Source: Penicillus capitatus
Lineage: Eukaryota; Plantae; Chlorophyta
DNA length: 64,000 nucleotides
Direction: 5' to 3'
Assembly (NCBI GenBank): GCA_965649825.1
Contig: OZ287694.1
Coordinates: 2,073,292 to 2,137,291 of the forward strand
Under the pieces are notes generated by a model, which was not told where the DNA came from, did not search any database, and saw only the letters and a program-made list of their open reading frames with translations. This document shows positions 33,732-45,314 of this stretch, piece by piece; within the stretch, counting starts at the first letter, position 1, and every line of letters starts with the position of its first letter. Both the position numbers and the translations under genes were made by a program.

Positions 33732-35811
33732 CTAGAGAGAGATGTGCGAGGTCGAGTCGCCGTCGGCGTTCATGTATCCCGCTTCGCTCGGCGTCATCGA
33801 ACGCGTCGTGACGGTGCCGCTGAGCCGAGAGTGACTCCTGTCGATGTCCCGAAGCTCTTGCTGAACCGCCGCCGCGTTCACCGTCTCGTTCGGCGCCGTC
33901 GGACGGATAACGATGACGCTGCCCGACGTCAACCCGATCTGCGCAACGGACACACTCAGGCATCCGTCCATCCGTCGACGTTCGCTCACTTTCCCGACCG
34001 TCTGCTGAAACACCAGGATCTGCGTGAGCTGCTTCGCCGTCTGCTTGACGAAGAAGGTACATGGCGTGTTCTCCAGTCTGTCGTCGAGGTCGCAGAGGTC
34101 GTTGTAACACAGCGCGTGAAGCCTGAGCCTCCCGCTGGCGAACACGCTCCCGACGTACTCCACCGTCCCCTCGACCGGATGCAGGAGCATGCCGAAGAGG
34201 AGGACAGATCCCGAGGGTGGTCGGACGGGCGACGACACCCTCTTCTCTTTGAAGTAGAAAGTCATCGTCAGGTTCTCCTCTTCGTCGCTGTGGTCGCTTA
34301 TCTCGCCGAGGCAGAGATCCATCTCCGCCAGGTCGTCGATGCAGACGGCGACGGAGAAGATCCCCTTTCCCTCCTCCGGGCAGAGCCACGTCGTCGACTG
34401 GAACGCGTGCGAACCGGCGTCTTCCTGAATCTGCAACGGACGTCGCTGTCTTGACGGCGTACACGGTCTCGGCGGGTTACCAGTTTCTTGACGGTCCTCA
34501 GGGACTCGCGCGCAGAGAGGATGTACATTCTGCTCTTCGGGATGTGGAACATCCTCGACAGGCCCTCTCTCTTGACGAACGCCGCGATCCGCCTGTCGGT
34601 TACGACGTCTATGGAGACCTTGGTCCCCTCGAACACCGGCATCCGATCGACGAACTCCGGCGGCGCACCGGCGATGGTGATGCACACGCTGAACGTCAGC
34701 CATCCGTCGTGAAGGAACCGATCTGGGTCGATCTCGACGCTCTGACCGAACTCGGAGATCGGAATCTTGATGCGGCATCCGCCGCCACGCACATCTGAGA
34801 CACAACAGCAGTCAGCCATCCGCCGCCGCCGCCACTGTCCTTACATTCTGTGACGCTTCCCGACGGAATGCTGTGGCTGAAGAGGATGACGCGGCAGTCG
34901 ACGGTACATGACCCCAGATCCGGAGGGAGATGCAGGAAGAACGCCTGGCAGCACGCCTGGCGTTCGACCATCCACAGACCCCTGACAGCGACGCCCGTCA
35001 CTGACCGCGCAGCAAGAGGCAACGCACCAGGTCTTGTCGGCGAAGGAGAACGTCTTCGTCCAGTACGCCACATGCTCGATGTACAGCTCAGGCTTCACCG
35101 CCCACTGCAGACGGCAGAACGCATCACGCGCAGGAGTTTGCCCTAACAGAGTGCCGTGCCTTGCAGCAGGCCGTGGGCCCGTCCGTGCAGATGGTGAAAT
35201 CCTCATCGTGCTGATCGCAGAACTGCATGTGGAAGGTGATGGTGACAGATCCGTCTTCGAGCACCCGCAATCGTTTGTTAGGAATCTTGCCGCCGTACTG
35301 CGTTCCCTGCTCGAGGTAAGACATCTCGCCTGCGCAACAGGTGTCCCGCCCGCACTCGAGAGATGTCACATCAGGAGAATGATGGAGACTTGGCGCGATC
35401 GAAGGATCGTTGATCCACCAGTAGCAACGGCGGACTGGCGGAAATATCTCATCGTGCTGACAGAAGTACGCCTCCAGGCAGCCGTGTGGTGCGATAGACA
35501 CGGAGGCCGTCCTGCAAACCGTAGGTCCAATGCAGACGGCGAGGGAACGTCGACGCACCAGGTGAGTCCGAGGAACGGGATCTCTTCCGTCTGCAGCGTC
35601 TTCTTCGGACAGCGCGCCAGTCCTCTAGGCACTTCGAGCTGTACACAGAGGTCGCCCTGCGTGCGGAACTGGATGTACGCACCAAGACAACGCCTTTCCG
35701 TTCGGCGCACTCCTCCACCTTGTACTCGTATTTCATACCGTGCCACAGTCCGCATCCTCGAGGCACCGTTTTTGGGATGCGCGGTTCACGGCATGGGTGT
35801 CTTTTGCTCAC
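33732..35811 (-). CDS. Protein with two MATH-like domains and a USP7-like ubiquitin-like C-terminal region, multi-exon; may have further upstream exons to ~36440
   Basis: Spliced MATH segments (EIPFLGLTW; KWAVKPE...YWTKTFSFADKTW...FLHDGWLTFSV). The C-terminal VLLFGMLLHPVEGTVEYVGS...LTSGSVIVI resembles USP7/UBP12 Ubl repeats. No USP Cys/His boxes were seen. Confidence 0.6.
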
Positions 35812-36781
35812 CCGATGTCTTACGCATGCCCTTCGCTGCGAACGCTGGAGTCTTGGACAAAACTGTTGGCAAAAGCGCGTCCCTTGTTTAGCGATTTGGA
35901 TGCGGCGAAACGGAAAACGGACTTCACAGCGCGGACTGTACGGACGATGCTGCAGACGACGTCATCTGGATTCGGTCGTAGCATCGAAGGACATGCGGGT
36001 GCCCGAGTTCGACAAGGCGTGTCTTCTCCACGGAAGGCAGGTCTTGCGAACGCCGGGTCAAGGAGACGACGTGCGAAACGACGCAACACACTGGAGTCGC
36101 TCTCTGCCCACCTGCATCTAACGACAAGCGTCGACCAGGCAACAGCACGCTTTGCTGGACGTCGTCAGAGCGACGGGCTGTCGTTCTGCCTCGGCGCCTG
36201 CCATCCATTTTCGGCGCTTCCTTGCGCCGGTATCGTCGACTGCCTCATCGAATGATGCTCTCAGGAGCTGTGGTCTTTGTCGGTGCGTGGACGCGATGCC
36301 GTGCGTGGCTGGTGCACAGAGAACACCCGAAAGAGGTAAAAGCGAACTGATCGTACCTTCTGCGTCAGCGTGGCAACGTCGCGAGACCTTGTTGTCGGAC
36401 AGGACGGACGTCACATCAGTTTTGATCGCATCCCGGCTGACGATTGCCACCTTTAAGATTGCTGAATGGCCACGATACGGAGAAAACGCATCTAAAAGAT
36501 ATCTAAGATACTATTTCTTGCGCATTTTTACGCTTCTTGGATCGCGCAACGGAGCTAAGCTTGACCTAATCGGTCATCAGATCTTCGATGCTGACCCTAA
36601 AGAAAGAATCTTTCTTACACACTGAACAACGAAGTTTCTCTGGTTAGCAGACCGACTGCATCTTCAAAGATTTGTTCACTTCTTCAAACACTACCGTTAA
36701 GGTTTGCAGCAAACAATGTCGCCAGAAAGAATGAGAAACGGCAAAAAGATGTGACGCGTCTGTCTTCGTTCAATCTTTCGA

Positions 36782-38999
36782 TCATTCTGTCTGTGGTAGA
36801 AGTTCCTTGTTGCGTCGAGCATTCGCGGTGGCGACTCCCTGAAAGATCGAGTTCACCAGAGCTTCGTCCGGGCGTTCGTTTTTGCGGCCGCCGCGCCACA
36901 CTGGAGCGTCCACCGATACAGGTTCCGGATAGGGAGGCAATCCCACTCTTGGTCGGTCCTCGTCTGCCACACACACCCGCCCGTCAGAGAAAGGCGGGGG
37001 ATCCAGGAATCGATACCATTGCTGAGGGTGAGGAATTGTCGGAGATAGTGGGCGTCGGTCATGGATTTGTTCTTGGCGTCAATCCCGGGCGAACGACGCA
37101 CTTCGAACGTCTTGGACACGGCTTCGGGTCTCTGAAGGCACTGCAAGATCACCTCAGCCAACTCGACAAATCGCAAACGGCCAGCAGTCGTGTCCCCTAT
37201 ACGCCACCGACCTCACATCCCTCCCTAGCTGTCATTATCTCGGCGTACCCTGGGAGAACTGCAGCAGGTCTGGCGTCAGATCTCCTGTCTCCAGTTCTTC
37301 GCTGATGAACCCTGGTCGTGAAGAAGGCACTCGAGGCAGCACATAGCAAGCAGAGAGTGTTGACTGACCATTGGGACAGACGATGGTGTAGGGCAGAGTG
37401 GAGCAGCGCACGGTGCTGTTGCCTTCGAACTTGTGGTTCAGGACACCTCCAGGATTCAGGCGCATGATCGGCACTGTCTCTTCATTGCGTCGATCTATGT
37501 TCTCACCGATGCGCGCACTGCGCTCTTGGCCAGCCGACGACAAGTGCACCAACTGCAACAGCAGAACCGTCCCCTCGGAGATAAATGTCTGGTGTGACAA
37601 CGACAGGCACCTGTGGCCGCGCAGCTCTGTATGTCGAAACGGAGGCAACTGAGAAGGAGAAGTCCCCGGCGGGGCTCTTTCTGTTCGGAAAACCGTCGAC
37701 CGTTTTCGTACTGCTCATCTGAGAAAGACAGATATGGCGAGATCGTCATCTTGTAGAGAAGGTACCCACCCATCCGAGTCTGGCAGTGGGGGAGGGGGCA
37801 AGGGTGGCAGTCTGGTCCGGAATGCCTTGCTTCACAAGACGGAAGTGATGCAGCGGTAGTTTGACTTCCGTCCATTGCCCGTCCACCTAGACAGCAAGCA
37901 TCATCCATAGATGAGATGACAGCGACGTCTGAGAGGAGGGACCGTGTCGAAGGAAGCTGCAAAGAAACTCTGTTCATGCGATCCTGTTTCGTCCTGCACG
38001 GGGAGACATATTCAATGACTGAGACAGGGAAGAGTGAGCGATGTGACTGACGTTTTGCAGTGTGATGAAGTGTGAGCGTCCGTCGCCTCTGACAGAAAAG
38101 GTTAGCCCGTCTGCTCCTGTGAGATCCAGTGCGCAGCTGTCTGCCCACTGAATCGTCCCTTTCGGCGTCAGGTCTCTCACTCTTTCCTACATGGCGCATC
38201 GTCGCCGCACGCTCGCATGATCGATGTCTCACTCCTTGCTCGAGAGTCCCCTCCATGCGAATCCCGTTTGCGTCCGGCGTGATGCGACTCGTCGATGCAC
38301 CGATCGACGCGTCCGTCCAGGACATGTCCGGCACGAGATCGACCGAATTCAGAATCGTCATGTCAGCCACCGGCGTCAGATGACGTTCCGCTGCAGCGAC
38401 GACGTTCATGACGCCGACGGAGTCAACGGAATAGGCAAAGACTGTCGCTGGGTCGTACGGATCGGTCACTGTGTCCGGGTTTGTGTTTCTCCATGCCGGA
38501 CCCGAGCAGAGGACCACCTGTTGGACGCCCGAAAACAACGCAGCTGTCAACGTCTCAGGCTTCATCATGTCCACGCCGTCCACCACACGCAATCCCTCGC
38601 CACCGAATCCCATCCCCTCCAGTTTCGCGGCCGAGCGGACGGCGGCGACCACTGGGCGCCCCGTTTCCAAAAGCTGCACACCACGATCTTAGCCGCTCAT
38701 CCCACGACGCCGGCTGGACGGACCTGTTGTAGCACGGCGCGGCCGATGCGTCCCGTCGCGCCGAAGAGTAAAACGGCGCCGCTGTCGGACGCTACCGTCG
38801 ACGCGGCAGCGACGACAATGTTTCGGTCGCGACGCGGTTCGTCGCACAGCGTCACCCTCCAGTCCTTCACGCCACATCCACGCCGCGCTCTGCCTTTCCA
38901 AACCGTCCCGGCGGTCGTCTGTCGTGTGGCATTCCTCGGCAGCGCCACACCGCAGCGAACAACGGGCGTCACGGCCCACCTCGTCACACGCGTCGCCAT
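36782..38999 (-). CDS. NAD(P)-binding Rossmann protein with an inserted CIA30-like domain, plastid-type transit peptide, multi-exon
   Basis: VLLFGATGRIGRAV, AAVRSAAK and VVLCSGP; CIA30-like LDLTGADGLTFSVRGDG and WTEVKLPL; C-terminal SQGDTTAGRL...PEAVSKTFEV. Confidence 0.8.
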
Positions 39000-39335
39000 G
39001 CTCTAACGTTGACGTTGCTGCTCAGAATGTTGTGTCAACGTATGTAGCCGTATACGTAAAGCGTACGTGAAGGTGAGGTCATCAAGCGAAGGGCGGTGTT
39101 ACGTGCTCGTCACGTCGTGTCGCGGTATCTTATCACTTGTCCTCGTCAGCTTTACGTTTTTGTCGAATCCACCGCTGTTCACATCTGGCAAGTAGTATTT
39201 AGAACAACCCTGACGCCAGGAATATCGCTTCACTATTCTGAACGTTTCCATCGAGAACTTTTCCCGAACGTCGAACGGACGGTGCCAAGACCGGAGACCT
39301 CATCTTTGAGAGAACTGAAGACCCTACCCCAGACG

Positions 39336-40535
39336 ATGCCTCAGGATCGACTCGAGCAGAAATTGCGCCAGTTGGGGCTCAGTCATTGCTCCCACGCCAA
39401 CGCCAGGCGTCTGACGTTTCGTGTCTACTTTCCTCGGCCACCGTACGGCCCCGTGGAGTATTTGGCAGCGAAGCAGGGAGACGGTCTAAATTTCGTTGGA
39501 CAGTTACTCGGACATGGAGGGTGCACGTTAAAGAAGATTCAGACGGATTCAGGGGCGCGAGTGGAGGTCCACGACGGCAAGGGAAACCTAAACGGCACGC
39601 ATCCTTCCTACACCGACCCCTCCATCCACGCCGTCGTGTTCGCCGAGACGCGCGAGAAGCTCAGTCGCGCGGCGAAGATGATTGCCGAGGTGCTGCAGCC
39701 CGTCGATGCTGTCTTCGAGCGATTTGACGTGACCCCTGGAGCCTCCGTTGTGCTGAAGCCCGTCATCACTCGAAAAGCTGGAAGCCCGCAGTCGGAAGCA
39801 TCGAGCCACAGTCGAGGCATATGGTGTGGAGCATCGTCGCCTACCTCAGAAAAGGATTCCTGTCTGACCCGGGACATCGACTCTGCCTATATCCATCCGT
39901 CACATCCGATCAACGCGCAGCATGATGCCGTGCATCGTCCATGGAAAAGAGTGAGCTCGTTGACGTCCGAGAAGAGAGAGACGTCATTTCATGTACCGCC
40001 GCCGCCGCCGTCAGAGAATAAGCCGAGCGAGAAGGAGAATGCTCTGGGCGGCCTGAAGGAGTGGAAGACGTGGGGAAGCGGCAATTCAGACTGCTACAGT
40101 CAGTTCACGACTCTGACACAGAACTTCGTTTCGCAGTACGCCCATCGTCCGCCAACCGAACTGCCAGCCATCGATCGACCATCATACTTCGAACCGTTCC
40201 GCTCATCCTCTGTCTGGAATCCTGTCGTCTGCCGCACCAGCGCGGCGAATCAGAATGGATCGTCCTCCTGTGCGCAGTTTCGTCCCTCGCCCAGTGTCGA
40301 GTTTCCGCAGCGACTGGGAAGATGGGGAAAAGATAAATCGATGCCGGAGACGGAGGCTCTTCTCCTATCCAATGTGTATGCAAATCTCATCGGCAGTACT
40401 GTATCTCCGGCGACGGGAGCATTTCCCGCAGTGAAGGAATCGAGATTAACCAGTGCTTACCGCATAACGGTCGAACCCGAACAAACAAATTCAAAAATTA
40501 CTCATCAACGCATTGTTTTGCCTCACGATCTTTAG
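39336..40535 (+). CDS. STAR/SF1-like KH-domain RNA-binding protein with a disordered C-terminus
   Basis: NFVGQLLGHGGCTLKKIQTDSGARVEV...IHAVVFAETREKLSRAAKMIAEVLQP is a KH fold with a GxxG loop. Confidence 0.8.
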   Translation: MPQDRLEQKLRQLGLSHCSHANARRLTFRVYFPRPPYGPVEYLAAKQGDGLNFVGQLLGHGGCTLKKIQTDSGARVEVHDGKGNLNGTHPSYTDPSIHAVVFAETREKLSRAAKMIAEVLQPVDAVFERFDVTPGASVVLKPVITRKAGSPQSEASSHSRGIWCGASSPTSEKDSCLTRDIDSAYIHPSHPINAQHDAVHRPWKRVSSLTSEKRETSFHVPPPPPSENKPSEKENALGGLKEWKTWGSGNSDCYSQFTTLTQNFVSQYAHRPPTELPAIDRPSYFEPFRSSSVWNPVVCRTSAANQNGSSSCAQFRPSPSVEFPQRLGRWGKDKSMPETEALLLSNVYANLIGSTVSPATGAFPAVKESRLTSAYRITVEPEQTNSKITHQRIVLPHDL

Positions 40536-40972
40536 CATTTGGGTGTCCTTGGTTGACTCCTGTTTACTAGAGTGTGAGAAGGAGCCTGATTGACGATGTC
40601 AATTGTTGTTGTTATCCTTTCCTATGTTTTCCTGATGTAATCGTTTGTGCATATACTAACTGTCCTTTCCTGTTGTTTGATGTGTGAGAAAGTGTGTGAG
40701 TGAAAGGGGCGATTTCTAGTGAATGGAACGAAACAGCCATAATAACAATGATCATGCATGCTACAAGCCAAAATAATCTTCCCTTTCACTGTCCTAAGAA
40801 CTGACGCCCGCGAAGACTGAAGATTGAACTGAAGGCATTCTGCCTTGTGTCCATTTGGTTCTGTGTTTGTGTGTTTGTTCGTCGCCTGCGTGCGTGTGGG
40901 GTGAGAAGAGAGTTTGTCCAGAGACATTTCGTTGGGTGTGAATGACAGACAGCCACATAAATAGAAATACTG

Positions 40973-41803
40973 TTAAATCTCACTCTTGTTCACATAGATC
41001 TGCGTCATCTCACACTTCACGCGACGCTGTACAAACAGATGCTCGTCCTCCGAATCCCACAGCCCCTCTAGCGCGACACCTTCGACTTCGGACCACTCCA
41101 CGGCCAGCTCCAACAGACCCTTGGCCAACTGCAGACGCGAATGGGCGAGGAGTGAGAGGGGTGGTGAGGAGTGACCTGGATGGGCGAAAGTGTGAGGGAG
41201 AGTGTGGTGTAGGCGCTGTCGTTTGCCAGCGCCCATGCGACTTGATGCAGCAGGTACTGTTTCGGTCCTTCCACCGAATACCGACTCATCACCTGGGCCA
41301 AGTCCGAGTGCGGGCCCTGAATCAGCTGCACAGCACAGAAGAGTGAGATCGTCTGACCAAGAGAGTGAGAAGCCAGACGTCGAAGTCGAAGTGGATGATG
41401 TCGAGGAGCAGAATCTGTTCGATGTCGTGGATCTTCCGTCGGAGGGCCAAGACCGACGTTTCCTGAAAACGCTCTGCGTTGCGCTCCCTGTCGTAGCGCT
41501 CGTCCAGGCAGCTCATGACCAGGTCCCGCAGACTCATGGAGCGGAATCCCACCTGAAGAGGAGAGCGTCACCGCGCGCGGAAGACGTTCCTCCGTCCGGT
41601 CGCACCTTCGCTGCCAGACAGCAGCAGGCGACGGCGACGTGAAATCGGTCGTACTGTCCGAAGGTGAAGCTCCCGTAGAAGCGATGAAAGAGTATGCTGC
41701 CGGTCGCCGCGACGGGCAGCGGAAGGCTCTGCCGCTCGACGACGCGAAAGATGAGCTGAACGCATTGGGCCGTCGCCTTTCGTCGCAGCGCCTCTGACGA
41801 CAT
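40973..41803 (-). CDS. Cyclin (transcription-type, cyclin T/K/L-like), 3 introns
   Basis: Cyclin box LPVAATGSILFHRFY...VAVACCCLAAKV, IEQILLLDIIHFDF and QVAWALANDSAYTTLSL. Confidence 0.8.
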
Positions 41804-42119
41804 CGTCGAATCTGGGACCGAAGGAAGGGAGACGGGCGTCGTGGTCGTACGACGCGATGGGACAGGTACGACAGACTGACTGCAAGATGAGAATGAAATC
41901 TTAGGTACTCAGTTTCTATGAGTTTCTACTTGACACCCTTGCCTCCCGGCAAACACGAATGTCCATCGTCTGTACGAGAGCGTCCGATTTACAAGGCGAG
42001 AAAAGGCTCAGCAAAATCAGGTCAGAAGATGCGGCGACTTCAGCGGTGTCAGATTCTGGTTTCGTCTCGACATCCGTCCGTACGTGAACAGGTTGTGCAA
42101 GAGCGTGAGAGAGCGATAA

Positions 42120-42970
42120 TCAGGACGAAGAAAGAGAGGAGAGAGCGGGCAGGACTTCTTGCCAAGAGGAGAGGACGTCGTACTGGACCGTCATTCGGCA
42201 GATGAGGTTCGATCGACTCCAGAGTTCCATCTCCGCCTGAGCGTCGTGCGCCTGCAGTCGCATCACTCTCACACATCCTGCATCGCACAAGCCTGTCACA
42301 TCAAGAAGAGTGAGGATATCGTCTGACCCGTGAGCGTCGAGGAAAGTGGCGGCGTGCCGTGTGCGTGGAACTCTTCCATCGAGGCCCCCGTCGCGACGTA
42401 GAACATGTCGCCGCGTCTTCGATCGCAGGCGCTGATGGCCACGAGTCCAAGCTGACTCAGCTGACGTCCCATCTCGTCCAGACACAATCCCGAGCCCTCC
42501 AGGAGACGGACAGTCGGAATGTGCGCCGAAATGATGACGTCTCCATTCTCCGTCTCCCCCTTGACGAGATCCGTGAAGTGAAAACCATCGAACGGAATGC
42601 AGAGGCGTTCGAGAAGGGGCTTTGGCGAGAGGACTTCGAGGTCGTCCCCGTCGACGTAGGGCACGACGTTGCCGTCGATGCGACGGCGTATCGAGGCAAC
42701 GTCGACGGGATGGGCCACGAGCGTCTCGACCGTCACCGACGGCGCCTCGCCCACTTCCGGTTGCTGGAGAGCACGCGAGAGGCGTAAGGCCCTTTGGCGT
42801 CGGCGCCTGTCCGGGGGAGGCGAGGAGACGAGTGGCCCAGCAAAACGGCAGAGAGAGTAGAAAGTGCGCAGACGGAGGGCTTCGAGGATTCGGGTCAAAA
42901 CGGCGAGACTCGAACGGTGTCTGACGGCGCCGTTGTGAATCCCAGGACGCAATGCTCCGCCCAGTGCCAT
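42120..42970 (-). CDS. Uncharacterised protein, probable organellar transit peptide
   Basis: ATG at 42970 opens a long GC3-rich ORF with an Arg/Ser/Ala-rich N-terminus. One intron near 42300-42360 links to a terminal exon ending at 42120. Confidence 0.5.
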
Positions 42971-43045
42971 GAGAAGAACGGAATAGGGATGGATGAGTAG
43001 ATGGAGCACAAACGGCTGCGGCGTACGACAGGCACGTGCTCCACG

Positions 43046-44464
43046 ATGGGCGATCGAGCAATGCCTACGGCGAAGACCACGCGGCCAGTGACGGTCGTGC
43101 CGTCGCCTGCGTTGCGACCAGCGAAAGCGCGTCTTTTGAGCGCCACACCATCGGCGACCGATGTCGCTCGCTGCTCCACTTTGAAGAGGGAACGAGTGTG
43201 ACGTGCATCAGGGTGTGCAGTGGCGCCGGAGGAGGCTCGTGGGAGTGGGATTGATGTCGGGCTTGGCTGGATTCCTGTCACAGGAAGAGGCTTCAGACGC
43301 CGGACCGTTTCTTCTGGAGACAGGTGTGAGCCTCTCTTCTCCACGCATATGATGTGACGTGGGAGGACGTGTTGTGTGAGGTGGACGGGGGCCGCTGGCA
43401 GAAGAGGAAGCGAGACTGATCGAGATCCGCGCGCAGAAGGAGAAAGAGTTCGACGAAGAGGTCACTCTTTTGCTGTTCGAAAGAAACTGCAGAGGCGTGC
43501 GTGCAGGTGACCAACTCCAAAGAAGGAAAGTTCTGCGCGACGCCGTTTGGAGTCGATGTCGTCGGCATCACGGAACTGGTGGCGCTGGTCGGTGCCCTCG
43601 TCGGAGGTCTGTCGTCCGAGAGTGGCCCGGAGGGTCGAAGTGCGATTTATGATATCCCAGGGATCACGGCTCGGCGCCGAAAAAAGGAACTCGAACGGCT
43701 CAACGAACGACTGCGCAAGATCAACATGTCGCTGCGACAGAACGCTCGATTTGGCATTGTCTACGCGCCAGGTCGCGCAACTAGCTTCTCGCTCCTCGAC
43801 TGGAACAGGTCTGTGTGAGATCAGGTCTCACCTACGCGCCGACAGGAAACGCCGCCAGCTCCGCTCCCCCTGCATCTTCCGAAAGTGAGGGGGTACTTGA
43901 CGTGACTACCGTTGCGACCGCCCCTGTGCAGCGATGGAGACTCGGCCCCTGCGTTCGGCCGCCGCGCTGACGGGCAGCGTCGATGAAGATCTCTCCGAGG
44001 AGCACGTCGACTGCCGGTGCGTGGATGTCTTTGATCGCCGTCCAGTCCCATCACGGGTGCCTCCAGGGATGCGCTGAAGACGGGGAAGAAACTCCTCAAG
44101 GAGAAGAACGCCGCGGCAGCCATGGTGCGATTCGAGAAGGCGCTCATGCTTGCCAAGGGACTGCGCGATCGGACACAGGAAAGACGAGCCGTGCGCGGTC
44201 TGGCGGCCTGTGCCCGGCTCCTGGTCACCCATCCGTCACATCACTCAGACATCTCACTCTTCTGGCGTCTAGGGCGAGTACCGAACGGCCATCAAGCACC
44301 TCGAACGCGTCCTGCAGATCTCGGACGAGGTCGACGACCACGTCGGCGATTCCGACGCCTACGGCACCATCGCCGATATCTACGCCGACATGGGCGAGTT
44401 CGAGAAGGCGGCAGAGTACTACGACAAGTACATCTCAAGAATGAACACCGAGGGACCCGTTTGA
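43046..44464 (+). CDS. FLU: FLU/FLP TPR protein (regulator of tetrapyrrole synthesis), multi-exon; start codon uncertain (43001, 43046 or 43061)
   Basis: GKFCATPFGVDVVGITELVALVGALVGG, ARRRKKELERLNERLRKIN, and TPRs ending AYGTIADIYADMGEFEKAAEYYDKYI. Confidence 0.9.
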
Positions 44465-44534
44465 GAGGAGACGACCAAGTGTACACGAGCACAGTCACTT
44501 CGTCGCATTTTTGAATCATCGTCTCCTCTGCGGT

Positions 44535-45287
44535 ATGGCCCTGGCTATCACGCGTGCTCTGGGACGCATCTGTCTCGTCCCTTCCACACCGCGGCTCCTG
44601 CGATCCACAGTCGTGTCCACCGCCGCACCTCGACCGAGTTTCTCGTTCGTCCAGAGCGTCGGCGGCCGGCCCCTTCAACGTCGTCCGCCTTCAGGTGCGC
44701 CGACGTCCGCGTCTACTGAAATGCGTCTGTGCAGCGTCGTCCGAGCTTCGGCCCGTTGCCGCTGTCGCGTTCGCCACCACGACGCGCTGCTCCAAGAGCG
44801 CCGAAAAGCGTCACCGTCAGTCGGAGAAGCGTCGGGCGCAGAACAAAAGTCGCAAAACCACAGTCAAGAAGCGAATGAAGAAGGCATTCGCATTCCCGCG
44901 TCCTCGCACCTCTTCTCACTGCTTTGCTTTCAGGTCCTCAAGGAGTTCGACGCCTTTCGCAAGGAACCCCCCAGAGCCGAGTCCGAGCTCGACCATGTCA
45001 AGCCTCTCATGAGCGACGCCTTCAAGGCCATCGACAAGGCCGTGCAGAAAGGCACGCTGCACCGCAACACCGGCGCGCGGCGCAAATCGCGTCTGTCCCG
45101 CGCCCGCCGCCGTTTGCTCGTGCAGGCCGGTCTCGCAGAGCCGCTTCCCAAACCGAATCCGAAGTCTCTCGTCGAAGAGTACGAGGCGAAGCAGCGCGCA
45201 CGTCGAGCGGCGGTGAAGAAGAGGATTCAGGAACAGCTGGAGGCGGAGAGGGCGGAGGAGGAGAGAGAGGCGTCCGAATTAGCGTGA
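44535..45287 (+). CDS. PRPS20: Plastid ribosomal protein S20 with transit peptide, 2 introns (the second is GC-AG)
   Basis: [21 protein letters not shown]...[26 protein letters not shown]. Confidence 0.93.
   Translation: MALAITRALGRICLVPSTPRLLRSTVVSTAAPRPSFSFVQSVGGRPLQRRPPSGAPTSASTEMRLCSVVRASARCRCRVRHHDALLQERRKASPSVGEASGAEQKSQNHSQEANEEGIRIPASSHLFSLLCFQVLKEFDAFRKEPPRAESELDHVKPLMSDAFKAIDKAVQKGTLHRNTGARRKSRLSRARRRLLVQAGLAEPLPKPNPKSLVEEYEAKQRARRAAVKKRIQEQLEAERAEEEREASELA
44884..44933 (+). other. GC-AG intron (50 nt) in PRPS20
   Basis: AAG|GCATTC...TTCAG|GTC is required to join KRMKK to VLKEF in frame. Confidence 0.9.
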
Positions 45288-45314
45288 CGGATCGGGGGAG
45301 GACGCGAACACTGT

